A DNA stretch of 64,000 nt from Rebecca billardiae RCC1528 (taxonomy: Eukaryota > Protista > Haptophyta): positions 2,170,001 through 2,234,000 of the forward strand of contig OZ251224.1 of the NCBI GenBank assembly GCA_965240325.2, in the 5' to 3' direction. Every line of letters starts with the position of its first letter. The first letter of the stretch is position 1. Shown piece after piece: positions 9,890 through 20,992 of the stretch. The notes beneath the pieces were generated by a model that was not told where the DNA came from, searched no databases, and was given only the letters and a program-made list of their open reading frames with translations. The translations under genes were made by a program, and so were the position numbers.

Positions 9890-12800
9890 ATGAAGGGCAA
9901 GGACAAGGACGCCACGAAGGGCAAGCTGCAGGCGGGCGAGGGTGGCGACGAGGATGCATCCTCGCGCGCCGCTTCGCTCGGCGAGTTCTTCCGATTCGCC
10001 ACTCGGCTCGACGTCGCGCTCATGCTCTGTGGCAGCTCGGCGGCGCTTGGGCTCGGCGCGATGCAGCCCCTCTCCATGATGGCGTTTGGTGATCTGATCG
10101 ACACGCTGGGCACGGCGGGGCTGGCGGGCTCATCGGACACGGCGGTCGAGCAGATCATGCCGATTCTCCTGTTCTTCATGCAGCTCGGCGCCGCCGCCTT
10201 CGGCGCGGGCTTCATCGGCACGTACTGCTTCAAGGTTTCTGGCGAGCGGCAGGCGGCCGCGTATCGGAAGGCGTACCTCCGCGCGATCGTGCGGCAGGAC
10301 GTGGCGTGGCACGACACGCGCTCGACGACAGGCCTCGCGTCGGACTTCGCCGACCTGACCTCCCGCGTCGAGGCCGGCATCGGCACCAAGATCTCCGAGG
10401 GCCTCCGCTTCTTTGGACAGGCGGTGGGCGGCGTGGTCGTTGGCTTTTATTTCCTGTGGTACGCCCGCACGCCGCGCCGCCCGGCGTGAAGGCCGTGCGC
10501 ACGGGGCGTGTGCGCTGCTGCGCCGCGCCCCGCCGCCCGCGCCGCGCCGCCCGGCGTGAAGGCCGTGCGCACGGGGCGTGTGCGCTGCTGCGCCGCGCCC
10601 CGCCGCCCGCGCCGCGCCGCCCGGCGTGAAGGCCGTGCGCACGGGGCGTGCGCGCTGATGCGCGGCGCCCCGCCGCCCGCGCCGCGCCTCTCCACCCGCG
10701 TGCACCGCGTGGGCAGGGACGTCGCGCTGATCGCCACGGCGATGGCGCCGGTCATGGCGCTCTCCGCGTATGCGCTCGTGAAGGTGAACTCGCGCTCGGC
10801 GCGGCGCGTCGCGCAGGCCTTCTCCACCGCGGGCAACGCGTGCTCCGAGGCGCTCGGCGCCATCCGCACCGTCGCGTCGTTCAGCGGCGAGGCGCGCGCC
10901 GTCGAGCGCTTCGACGCGCACCTCGAGCCCGCGATGCGCGAGGGCATCCGCGCGGGCGTGCTCAAGGGGTTCTCGTTTGGCATGCTCGACGCGTCGGGCA
11001 ACGCGACGCTGTCCTTCGCCGTGCTGTACGCGAGCGCGGTCTTCGTCGCGGAGCGCGCCGCGTCGGCCGCGCGCGGCGAGGACTGCGCGCTCGCGCGCAC
11101 GTGTGTCTACAGCTCGGGGCGCATCCTGCTGTCGACGTTTGCGATTGTGATGGCGGCGCAGGGGGTGGGGCTGATCTCACAGTCGGTGAGCTCGTTCACC
11201 AAAGCGCGCGTCGCCGCGGGGCTGATGCGCCAGGTGATGGAGCGCAAGCCGGCGATCGACGCGCTCGAGTCGGGCGGTCAGAAGCCGCCGTCGGCGCTCG
11301 GCCGCATCGAGTTCAGAGACGTGCACTTCTCTTACCCGGCGCGCGAGCACGCGCCCGTGTACACGGGTCTGTCGCTGCTCGTCGAGGCTGGGCAGACGGT
11401 CGCGCTCGTCGGCGGCTCGGGCTCGGGCAAGTCGACGGCGATCCAGCTGCTCGAGCGCTTCTACGACGTGGGCGCGGGCTCAATCAGCCTCGACGGCGTC
11501 GACATCCGCGAGCTCAGCCTGCCGTGGCTGCGCTCCAAGCTCGGGCTGGTGGGGCAGGAGCCCGCGCTCTTCGAGGGCTCGATCGAGCACAACATCGCGT
11601 ACGGGCGGCGCGGCGCGAGCACGGCGGAGGTGGAGGCGGCGGCGCGCATGGCGAACGCGCACGAGTTCATCGCCGCGCTGCCCAAGGGGTACGGCACGCG
11701 CGTGCGCTCCGGCCTGCTCTCAGGTGGGCAGAAGCAGCGCGTCGCGATCGCGCGCGCGCTGCTCAAGCGGCCGGCTGTGCTGCTGCTCGACGAGGCGACG
11801 TCCGCGCTCGACAACGAGTCGGAGCGCATCGTGCAGGCGGCGCTGGACAAGCTGATGGCGGAGCACGCGCGCACGACGATCGTGATCGCGCACCGGCTCT
11901 CGACCATCCGCCACGCCGACAAGATTGCGGTGGTGGGCGAGGGGCGCGTGCTGGAGGAGGGCACGCACGAGCAGCTGCTCGCGGACGCGCACTCGCGCTA
12001 CTCCGTGCTGGCGGCCAGGGCGGGCGGCGACGCGAGCCACGGCGGCGCGGCGGGGGGCGGGCCGCGCGGCGGCGGCGCGCGCGGCGGGCTGATCGTGCCT
12101 TTCCCCGAGCCCGACGCGCCGGCGAGTGCGGCGGGCCCGGCGGCGCCGGCGGGCGTGAGTGGGGCGCAGCACGTGACCGTGGACATCCCCGCCGCTGCCG
12201 AGTCCGGCGAGGCTGAGACAAAGGCGGAGGCGCGCGCGCGCAAGCAGCGCGAGCAGGCGGAGGCCAAGGCGAAGAAGGCGGCGAAGCGGAAGCGCGCCGC
12301 GGAGCACCGCGCGCGCGTGTGGGAGCTGCAGCGCCCCGAGCGGCCGCACCTCGCCCTCGCCATCGCCTCGGCCACGCTGCTCGGCGCCACGCTGCCGGTG
12401 ATCGGCGTGGTGTTCATCAACATCTTCTTCGCCTTCTTCGAGCCCGACCCAGCGCGCGTGCTCGCGCAGACGCGCGCGTGGGCGCTGGCGATGCTCGGTC
12501 TGGCGTGCGCGACGCTCACGCTGCACACGGCGCGGACGTACGCGCTCGGCGTCGTCTCGGAGAAGCTCACCCGCCGGCTGCGCTCGAGCACCTTCGCCTC
12601 GATGCTCCGGCAGGAGATGGCGTGGTTTGACGAGCCGTCCAACTCGGCGTCCAACCTGTCCGCCAACCTCTCGCGCGACATCACGATGGTCGCTGCGATC
12701 ACCGCCGAGTCGACGGGCACGCTGATCGCCAACCTCGCCACCATCGTAGTCGGGATCACGCTCATGTTCGTGCTGGGCACGTGGCAGCTGGCGCTCGTCG

Positions 12801-14357
12801 CGGTGCTCGCCGTCCCCGTCGTCGGCGCCGCGCTCGCGCTCGAGATCATGCTGATCGCCGGCGACGGCAACTCGCTCGACGAGAAGTCGCCCGACGTGGC
12901 GGGCGCCGAGGCGGAGGAGGGCGAGGACGAGGCGGCCGCGCAGAAGCGCAAGGCGGCGGAGGCGGCGGCGAGCGCGAAGAAGAGCAAGGTGCAGTCGGAG
13001 AGCCACAAGGAGCACGCCGCGGCGATCGTGGGCCAGCTCGCGCAGTCGGTGCGCACCGTCGCCTCGTTTGGGCTCGAGGAGACGATGGTGGACGAGTACG
13101 GCGCGGCCACGGACGCGGCGACGCACTCGCGCGTCGTGCTGGGCTGGGTGAACGCGTTTGCAAACGGGCTGTCGCAGGCGACACTCTTCTTCACGCTGAC
13201 GGCGCTCTACTTCTACGGCTCCGTGCTCATCTCGCAGGGCGAGGCGACGCCCAGCTCCATGTTCATCGTGATCTTCGTCATGTGCGTGCGCGCCCCCGTG
13301 CGCCCGGCGCGCGAGCGCCTGCGCGCGACAGCGCAACAGCGCGTGGCTGCGCGGCCTCCGAACCGCCGCAGAGCCGCGGAGCCGCCACGCGCAAGCTGCG
13401 GACTGACTTGAGGACCCCGCAACCCCACGCGCGCGCGCGCGGCGTGCGCCGCGCAGGTTCATGATGGCGAACGGGCTGGGCGCGCTCACCCACGGCGCGA
13501 CTGACCAGGGCAAGGCGGCCAAGGCGACCGCGCGCATCCTCGGCGTGCTCGACCGCCCGTCCAAGCTCGACCCAAGCGCGGCCGGCGGCACGCGGCCGGC
13601 GCGCGCGCGCGGCGCCATCGCGTTCGAAGCAGTCCACTTCGCCTACCCGGCGCGTCCGACGGCGCCCGTGTACACGGGTCTGTCGCTGCGCATCGAGGCG
13701 GGGCAGACGGTCGCGCTCGTCGGCGGCTCGGGCTCGGGCAAGTCGACGGCGATCCAGCTGCTCGAGCGCTTCTACGACGTGGGCGCGGGCTCGATCAGCC
13801 TCGACGGCGTCGACATCCGCGAGCTCAGCCTGCCGTGGCTGCGCTCGCAGCTTGGGCTTGTGGGGCAGGAGCCGGTGCTCTTCGAGGGCACGGTCGCGGA
13901 CAACATCGCGTACAGCCGGCCGGACGCGAGCCGTGACGACGTGCAGCAGGTGGCGCGCTCGGCGAACGCGCACGAGTTCATCGCCGCGTTCCCGCACGGG
14001 TACGACACCGGGGTCGGCCAGGCGGGTGGCCAGCTCTCGGGCGGGCAGAAGCAGCGCGTCGCGATCGCGCGCGCGCTGCTCAAGCGGCCGGCTGTGCTGC
14101 TGCTCGACGAGGCGACGTCCGCGCTCGACAACGAGTCGGAGCGCATCGTGCAGGCGGCGCTGGACAAGCTGATGGCGGAGCACGCGCGCACGACGATCGT
14201 GATCGCGCACCGGCTCTCGACCATCCGCCACGCCGACAAGATCGCGGTGGTGGGCGAGGGGCGCGTGCTGGAGGAGGGCACGCACGAGCAGCTGCTGCGC
14301 ATCGGCGACGACGTCGACGGGCACTACGCCGCGCTCGTCCGAGCGAGCGCTCGCTGA
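9890..14357 (+). CDS. ABCB: Full-size ABCB (MDR/P-glycoprotein-type) transporter; exons 9890-10458, 10717-13281, 13457-14357
   Basis: TMD-NBD-TMD-NBD architecture. Walker A GGSGSGKST, LSGGQKQR, LLLDEATSALD and IAHRLST each occur twice. GT-AG introns 10459-10716 and 13282-13456 restore the frame (FLW-DVAL; FVM-FMMA). Confidence 0.95.
10470..10688 (+). repeat. 70-bp tandem repeat (x3) inside ABCB intron 1
   Basis: GCCGCGCCGCCCGGCGTGAAGGCCGTGCGCACGGGGCGTG at 10471, 10541 and 10611. Confidence 0.92.
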
Positions 14358-15668
14358 TGTTTCGTCGTAGTGCGGGTGCGCGAGGATGATGTGCGCAGGA
14401 ATGACGAGGATCAGGATTGCGACGAGACACTCCAGATGCTGACGGAGACGTACGGGATAGGCGCTGCTGCGCGCTTATTTAACGACATCAGAGCCAGCGC
14501 ATCATCGATCATCACGGACGGCACGACATGCAGTCGTAATGAGCTTATGGCCCGCGGTGCAGGGCGGAGCGCGCAGCGTGGAGCCCGCACCAGCGGGCCC
14601 GAACAACGTTTCAAAAAGATCTTTGATCAAGAAAAAAGGGACGGGGGACGATTTTCATGGCTGGAGGAGACCGAGTTTCGAATTTTGAGACCCTCTCTAA
14701 CATGCATCACGGCCGAAAAAGGTCGCGCCCACGGCAAGTTCATAGTAAAGCGTGGAGTGACGCCCGTCCAAAAAACTTCACGCCCTTTAGGATCCCTAAC
14801 GTAACGAACCGTTACAAGCGATTTTTCCGGCCAATGAGATTGCAGCAAGGTCCAAGGAGCGATGACGTATCTAGATAGAGATTGCCGCGAACCGATGTGA
14901 CCATGTACGTCCCTTGAATCAGTTGAATCAACTATTCAATCGCGCCGTGTCTGTATCAGGAGCCGACGAGGCAAGGGTCAGTAGCCGATGGGCCAACCTC
15001 GGCGAATCTCAATACTATCTGACACCGGAGCGGGAGCCGGGGCGCCGGCGGGCCCGCGTTTTCTACGCCACGGCTGCGGCGAGACCGCGAGAGGATGAGG
15101 CGAGCTGACGAGCGACCGACGGGTGAGGACGGCGATGGGCAGGTGCGCGCGGCGAGTTGCGCCTGGAGCGCGCGGCTGCGGCGGGTCCCGACTGCCGTCG
15201 ACATCGGCATCGCGTTCGTGCCCCCGCTCACTCCGCGCGCCCCCGCCGCCCCGTGTCGATGCCTGCGCGCGGCCGCGCGCCGGTCGGCGCCGCGGCGCCC
15301 CGGCCGCGCCGCGGCAGCCGCCCTGTATTCGGGCTCTCGCAAGCTCGGGGGCAGCGGCGCCTGATGCCGGACTGATCGATCTCTGAGTCTTCGACTTCAC
15401 CACGCGCCGCCCTTGCCATGCCTTTCCGGGGAGCGCCGACGATCCGAGTCCATCGTCGACCGGTCGACTCTGAGCGAGGGCTACGCCTCGGAACTGAACG
15501 GTACTCTACGAGGAGGACGAGCTGCGCGGGCGACGGTGGTGCGTGACGTCCCCAGAGCTGGCTGTGCCTCTGCAACGCGTGCCGAGCCTGATCGAGGTGT
15601 GTCAGCCCGTGCACGCGCGGCGTGCGCGAACGATCTGTGACTGGTGCCCAGTCGCACCTCCGACCTCG

Positions 15669-15979
15669 GCACCGTGCTCCCTCGGGCTGTCAGCTCCGCG
15701 TGGCCTGGCGTGCACGTCGAGTTGCGCTCATGCGTCGATCACGCCTCGCGCCCGCCTGTCGGCCGTCGCGCAGGCGCTGGTCGAACCCTACTCGGACCAG
15801 TGCAAATCACCTAACTATCCTGGCGCTGCCGCGGTGCGCGGTGACCCGCGGCGGGACAGCGGTCAGTCAGCAGCAGCGGCCCGAACGAATCCGCGGCCCC
15901 GCACCGTGCTCCCTGGCTGTCAGCTTCGCGTGGCCTGGCGTGCACGTGGAGTCGCGCTCATGCGTCGATCACGCCTCGT
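15669..15979 (+). repeat. ~80-bp direct repeat (about 15669-15749 and 15901-15979)
   Basis: GCACCGTGCTCCCT..GGCTGTCAGCTYCGCGTGGCCTGGCGTGCACGT..GCGCTCATGCGTCGATCACGCCTCG occurs twice. Confidence 0.85.
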
Positions 15980-16123
15980 CGCATCCGCCTGTACACAATC
16001 GGCGCCGCGCCGGCGGCTGCGAAGTGCGCCGATGGGCCCGCGCCCCGGGCGCGGCGGGCGGCGGCGCGCCGCTGGAGTCTAGTTGTACGGGCATGCAACT
16101 CCGGGTCTGTCAGTAGACGACTG

Positions 16124-16202
16124 CGATGGAGGGTGCACCGCCACCGCGGGCCCTGAACTACGTTCGTTCTACGGAAAAGGACCGCGGAACGCGGTCATAT
16201 AT
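16124..16202 (+). repeat. Dispersed ~75-bp repeat ending in a hairpin next to TA repeats, copy 1
   Basis: Matches the reverse complement of 58430-58500; hairpin GACCGCG-GAA-CGCGGTC at 16180-16196. Confidence 0.88.
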
Positions 16203-16329
16203 AGTATATACCGCCGCCGTCTACTGAGACGGCTACGACTCGTCATCCGCCGCGTGTCGCACATATCAATTTTCATTATTATTATAATAAGTGATGCCGC
16301 CGCGCCGGCAGCTTAGGCCTTAGCTGAGT

Positions 16330-17366
16330 TATTAGCTGACAGTGACAGTACACTACGCCCACGGCGACACGCGCTGCTCATGCTGCCGCTGCAGCATTGC
16401 GTTGAAGCGTGCACGCCCTTCGGGAGGCAGTCAGCCTGGAACGATGACGTCGTCCACGTGCGCGCCGGTCCGAAGAGTGTATGGTTGACGATGCAGCGGT
16501 CAGCCGTCAGTACCGGCAGCGGCAGCGGCGCACCACGCCCGCCACCCGGAGCTCCGCTCGCATCAGCGCGGCCCGCGAGCGCCGTCCTCCGGCCGTGGCC
16601 GCTGTTGACCGCTCGCGCCTCGGCGGCACGCACAATCTTGGCGCAAAGGCCGAGCGCAATGCGGCAGGCGCGCCGACGGCTCGAAGCACGCGCGCTTGAC
16701 GCGCACGCGCACGCCCGCTGCGACGTCGGCGGCGAGCGTCACCGGGAACATGTCGCGCACGAGCGCCGCCGCAGCACACGCCGACACAAGGTACGGCCAC
16801 AGCGCCCCAAGGCTGCGGGCTGAGGTCGCACGCCACCTCGCGCTCTGCCGCCGGTGCGGTGCTCGCCCCCAAAGGGGTGCGGCGCGCGGTGGGCGGCGCA
16901 CCGGCTACGGTCACGTTCCTCAGGAGTGCCCGCTTCTCGAGCAGCGGCGGCAAGCCGCGAGCGCGCCACAGCTTGATGAGGCCTGTCCACCACCGATCCT
17001 TGGGGGAGCGGCTTTCCTCCGGGATCCTTGGGGGAGCGGAAAGAGAAAAGACGCGAGCTGGACGAGCGACCATCCTTCCGCCGGCGGCGAGTGCGCGCAG
17101 AGCTGCTGCGCCGTCGCGCAGGCGTGCGCGCGGGTGCAGCTACATGAACCTGCAGCGCGCGGTCGCGGCGTCCGAGTTGATCCAGTACGTGCTCAAATCG
17201 ATGAAGCGGTACCCCGTGCCGCGCAGCGCAGAGGGTGCGCAGATCACGTCGTCCACGGCAATGCGCAGCGCGTGACCTTCTCGTCGCGCCCTGCGGCTGA
17301 CATCGTCGTCGCGAGCGTGGCGGTCGTCGCGAGCATGGCGGCGAACATTGGCATGCCCTTGGGCAT
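16330..17366 (-). pseudogene. Possible disrupted gene for a secreted or membrane protein
   Basis: Signal-like start MPMFAAMLATTATLA, then protein-like segments in shifting frames (GYRFIDLSTYWINSD, KDRWWTGLIKLW, ALWPYLVSACA) with an in-frame TAG; no family recognised. Confidence 0.3.
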
Positions 17367-17463
17367 GCCGGAGTGCTCCGCCGCTCTGCTCCAAAGACGG
17401 GGAGCAGCGACCACCCTCCGGTAGCAGCGTGCTCGCGCGGGGAGCAGCGTGCTCCGGCGAGCG

Positions 17464-18939
17464 ATGGTGAACGCGCGCCGGCAGCCCGAGCGCGCGATGC
17501 TGCCGACGAGCGGTGCCTTTCGAGCGCTGGTGCTGCTCGCGGTGCTCGCGCGCACGCCCAACGGGTGTGCTGCCGGCGACGCCGAGGAGTGCGAACGTCT
17601 TCGTGCAGTGCTCGTGCGAGGGCAGGTGCTGATGAGCACGCACCGCGGTGGTGCGTGCCGGGACCCCGGGGCGAAGGCAGTGCGTCTCTCGAAGTGGTTA
17701 TCTCGACTAACAACCACCACGACCGCGGCGCTCATGGCGCAGTGCGCGCCCGAATCGTCGGCAGTGCCCCCAGAGAGCCAGCGCGATGGCTCGCCGTGCA
17801 TGCAGGCGCGCGTGCCGACGTGTGATCTAAAGCGAAATGCTATCACATGCCGATCGCTCGAGTCCCTGCTGCGCCCGCACCGAGCGTCGCGGCGCGCGTG
17901 CGAGCCAGGTGACCTAAATGCATGCTCTGGCCCGAAGCACGGGGTGTGCACGTCGCAGGGTCGCTGTGAGTGCGCGCTCCAACGAGAGCAGCACCCCCCG
18001 ACGCGCTACGGTGGTGCGGACTGCAGCGTGGACAATGAGCTCGCAATGCGCGCCGCGCGTGCTACTCGCAACACAACGGCAGACGCTCTGTATGCTGAGC
18101 AGAAGTACGCCACGTACTACAGCGATCTCGTGACGCACGCTGGGAGCAGCCGACTGTCTGCGAGCCAGGCGTACGGCGGGAGCAACACATTCTGGACGGG
18201 TAGCGGCCCGGGCACCACACTGCTCGCGACCTTTGGCATCCGCACTGCGCTGCCCGCCATCGTCGAGGGCCTAGGCATCCGCTCCATCGTCGACGTGCCG
18301 TGCGGCGACTTCTCCTACATGCGCAGCCTGGTGCACAGCTCGAGTGGCACGCCCGGCGCGGCGCGGATGCGCCGGATGGGCGTGCGGTACACGGGGTTGG
18401 ACCTCGTGCCCGAGCTCGTGCACGCGCTCGACAGCGTCTTTGGCGAGCCTGGCCGCGTCTCCTTCATGCCGTTTGACGTGGCGAAGCAGCGGCTCTGGCC
18501 GGCCGACCTGGTGATCGTGCGGGACCTGCTCTTCCACTTCTCGCCCGAGCGCGTCGGTGAGGTGCTGCGCGCGGTGAACGCGTCGGGCGCCAAGTACTTG
18601 CTGTCCACATTCTTCCCGTACGGCACGAACAAGAAATCCGCCAAGAGCTTCTTTCCAGGGTGGGGCTTTGGGTCATTTTGGCCAGTGAACCTTCTCGACA
18701 AGCCGTACTCCTTGCGCCCGCCAATCCTCGCGATTGGCTACGACGGCGCTATCCACAACCAGACGTTGCCGCCCGAGATGGAGCTCGACGTGCAGAAGCC
18801 GGGGCCCGCCCCGGAGGACCCAGATCCGGACGCAAATCGCTGGCGGTGGCGGCTCGACCACAGCGCGCAGGCCTCGGCTCGATTTCCCGAGCACGAGCAC
18901 TTTATGAGGGTGCTCGGCTTGTGGAAGCTGCCGCTGTGA
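17464..18939 (+). CDS. Secreted or membrane protein with a Cys-rich/EGF-like module and a class I SAM-dependent methyltransferase domain
   Basis: Hydrophobic N-terminus (ALVLLAVLA); EGF-like CSGPKHGVCTSQGRCEC..YGGADCS; MTase-like motifs GSGPGT, SIVDVPCGD, YTGLDLV and DLVIVRDLLFH. Confidence 0.8.
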   Translation: MVNARRQPERAMLPTSGAFRALVLLAVLARTPNGCAAGDAEECERLRAVLVRGQVLMSTHRGGACRDPGAKAVRLSKWLSRLTTTTTAALMAQCAPESSAVPPESQRDGSPCMQARVPTCDLKRNAITCRSLESLLRPHRASRRACEPGDLNACSGPKHGVCTSQGRCECALQREQHPPTRYGGADCSVDNELAMRAARATRNTTADALYAEQKYATYYSDLVTHAGSSRLSASQAYGGSNTFWTGSGPGTTLLATFGIRTALPAIVEGLGIRSIVDVPCGDFSYMRSLVHSSSGTPGAARMRRMGVRYTGLDLVPELVHALDSVFGEPGRVSFMPFDVAKQRLWPADLVIVRDLLFHFSPERVGEVLRAVNASGAKYLLSTFFPYGTNKKSAKSFFPGWGFGSFWPVNLLDKPYSLRPPILAIGYDGAIHNQTLPPEMELDVQKPGPAPEDPDPDANRWRWRLDHSAQASARFPEHEHFMRVLGLWKLPL

Positions 18940-19309
18940 CGACGAGCACGGCGGACGTCGCACGTGATGCTGTTTGTAGACGCTAACTAGTGAGAGTGAC
19001 TCAGTGAGGCGGGGTTGAACGGGCCGTGTATGCGGCGCCTATGGCGGCCTATGCCGCCGATCGGGCCGTGATGTCATCACAGCAACGTCGCATCATATAT
19101 CGTCCGCGCCATTATTTAATATATTAATTATTATCAGCATATCAGCGCATGAGTTTATAATTCTCAAGCGCTGTAATAATAACCGAATACTGCTCGCAGC
19201 TAGTCCGCGCGCTAGTAGCTAGTTAGCTACAGAGTCGTACTCGCAGCTATACTGATGACTACTGATAGTACGAATCAATCGGCGGATGTCGGCTCGGACG
19301 GCCTCAGGC

Positions 19310-20170
19310 TCAGTAGGCCTCCGCGTCCCGCGAGGCGGCGGTGAGACCGCTCGCGCACAGCGCCTCCTCGTGGGCCTTCACCGCGGCGGCCTCCTCCGCC
19401 GCCGTGCGCCACGGCGATGGCTCCGGGTGGCGCCACCGCCAGCGCATCGAGAACTCGCGCTTCCCCATGTTGATGGCCGACGCGCTCGTCAGCTCGATCT
19501 CCGCCCACGCGCAGTTGGTGAACTGGAAGTCCGGGTCAACGAAGGAGTCCATGGGGAGACCCACGATGTTTGCAAGCATCGCGCGGTTCAGCGCGCCGTG
19601 GGCCACCACCAGCGTCGTGTGCGGCCGGCCGGCGGGGCCGTCGGTCGCGTCCCCCGCTCGCCACAGCGTCTCCCAGTTCCGGTCTCCGCGCTTCCACAGC
19701 TCGCGCAGCGGGAAGACGCCGTCGGAGAAGGCGAAGTTGGAGGGCTCGGACTTCCACGCGCCCCAGCGCTCCGCGTACTGCTCGGCAAGCTCGGACTTGA
19801 GCATCCCCTCCCACTCGTACAGCTCGATCTCTCGGAACTCGCGAGAGACGGTTGCCGACGGCAGCGGCGTGTTCGTCTCGGCAAACGCAGCCTGAATGTG
19901 CTCGAGCGTCTGGCGCGCGCGGGTCATGGATGAGCAGATCACGTTGTCAATAGCGCCGCCCTCCTCGTCGCGCAGCCGCCGGCCGAGCTCGAGCGCCTGC
20001 TGCACACCAGCCTCCGTGAGCCGTGACTCGTCGATGGTCCCCTGGATGCGCGCGACCGCATTCCACGTGGTCTCGCCGTGACGCGCGAGGAAAATGCGCC
20101 GCGTCGTCGTGCTCGCGCTCGCACTCGCTGCTACCATGCACATCACGGCCCAGAGCGGGGACGCGAGCAT
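19310..20170 (-). CDS. Histidine phosphatase / phosphoglycerate mutase family protein with an N-terminal signal-like peptide
   Basis: IFLARHGETTWN, SSMTRARQT, REIELYEWEG and LVVAHGALNR; start codon uncertain. Confidence 0.9.
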   Translation of the reverse strand: MLASPLWAVMCMVAASASASTTTRRIFLARHGETTWNAVARIQGTIDESRLTEAGVQQALELGRRLRDEEGGAIDNVICSSMTRARQTLEHIQAAFAETNTPLPSATVSREFREIELYEWEGMLKSELAEQYAERWGAWKSEPSNFAFSDGVFPLRELWKRGDRNWETLWRAGDATDGPAGRPHTTLVVAHGALNRAMLANIVGLPMDSFVDPDFQFTNCAWAEIELTSASAINMGKREFSMRWRWRHPEPSPWRTAAEEAAAVKAHEEALCASGLTAASRDAEAY

Positions 20171-20992
20171 ACAGATGCAAGGCGCCGACTGGCTGGCCTG
20201 CACAGCTAGCTCCGACCACACGGCGTCCACGCTGCTCGTTCCGCAGATTCATCGGCCGAGATTCTTCTCGCAACGACGCAACCTTCGGGGCGATGGCCGA
20301 CGCGACGGGTGTGGCGGGTTTGGCAGTCCGCGGCGATTATCGCATTATGACTGCCGTCGCCGAGCTGGCATCGTCCCGAACTTGACCCCGGACCACCCGT
20401 CCCCCCTCCCCGGCGCGCACGCCCCTCCCGGCTCGGTCTCGGCGCATGCAGCGGCATCCCCGGACTCAGTGTGTGTGCGGCAAGCAGCCGCTCGACTTTG
20501 CGGCGCAACGCAGAAAAGCGAGCGGTCAGCCGCGGCGGGAAGGTTTGAGTGACCAACATCGGGGGTGGTGACTCAAAAGCGGCGAACGCTGGAATCATCA
20601 CACGTCCGCCGTCCAGCCCGCGCCCGCCCTCAGCGGCACACCCTGCCCGGCCGTCGCCGCAACCGCCGCCGCCCGCCCGCCGCCGACCACCTCCGGCGGC
20701 CAGCCAACTCGGCGCCTGCTACCCGCTCGGCCAGCCAGCTGCGCTCCACCGCCTCCCGCCCGCCCTCCCTCGGCGTTGGAGCGCCGCGCCGGGGGCAGGG
20801 TGCGGCTCGAGTCAGCGTCCGGAGGGGGCGGGGCGGGCGCTGTCTCGCCGCCCGGCCCCCCCTGACGTCTGGCGGCCCCAGGCAACCCCTGTACCCGCCC
20901 ATCGTATCTACCGGACGGTGATAGGGAGCGCGTCGAAAGCAGTTATACGCTGTGAATAAAACGAAAAGGACGAATAAACTGGCGAAACCACG

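Noticed and set aside
14600-14835. Lower-GC patch with short imperfect inverted repeats as a MITE
   Set aside because: No clear TIR pair or TSD
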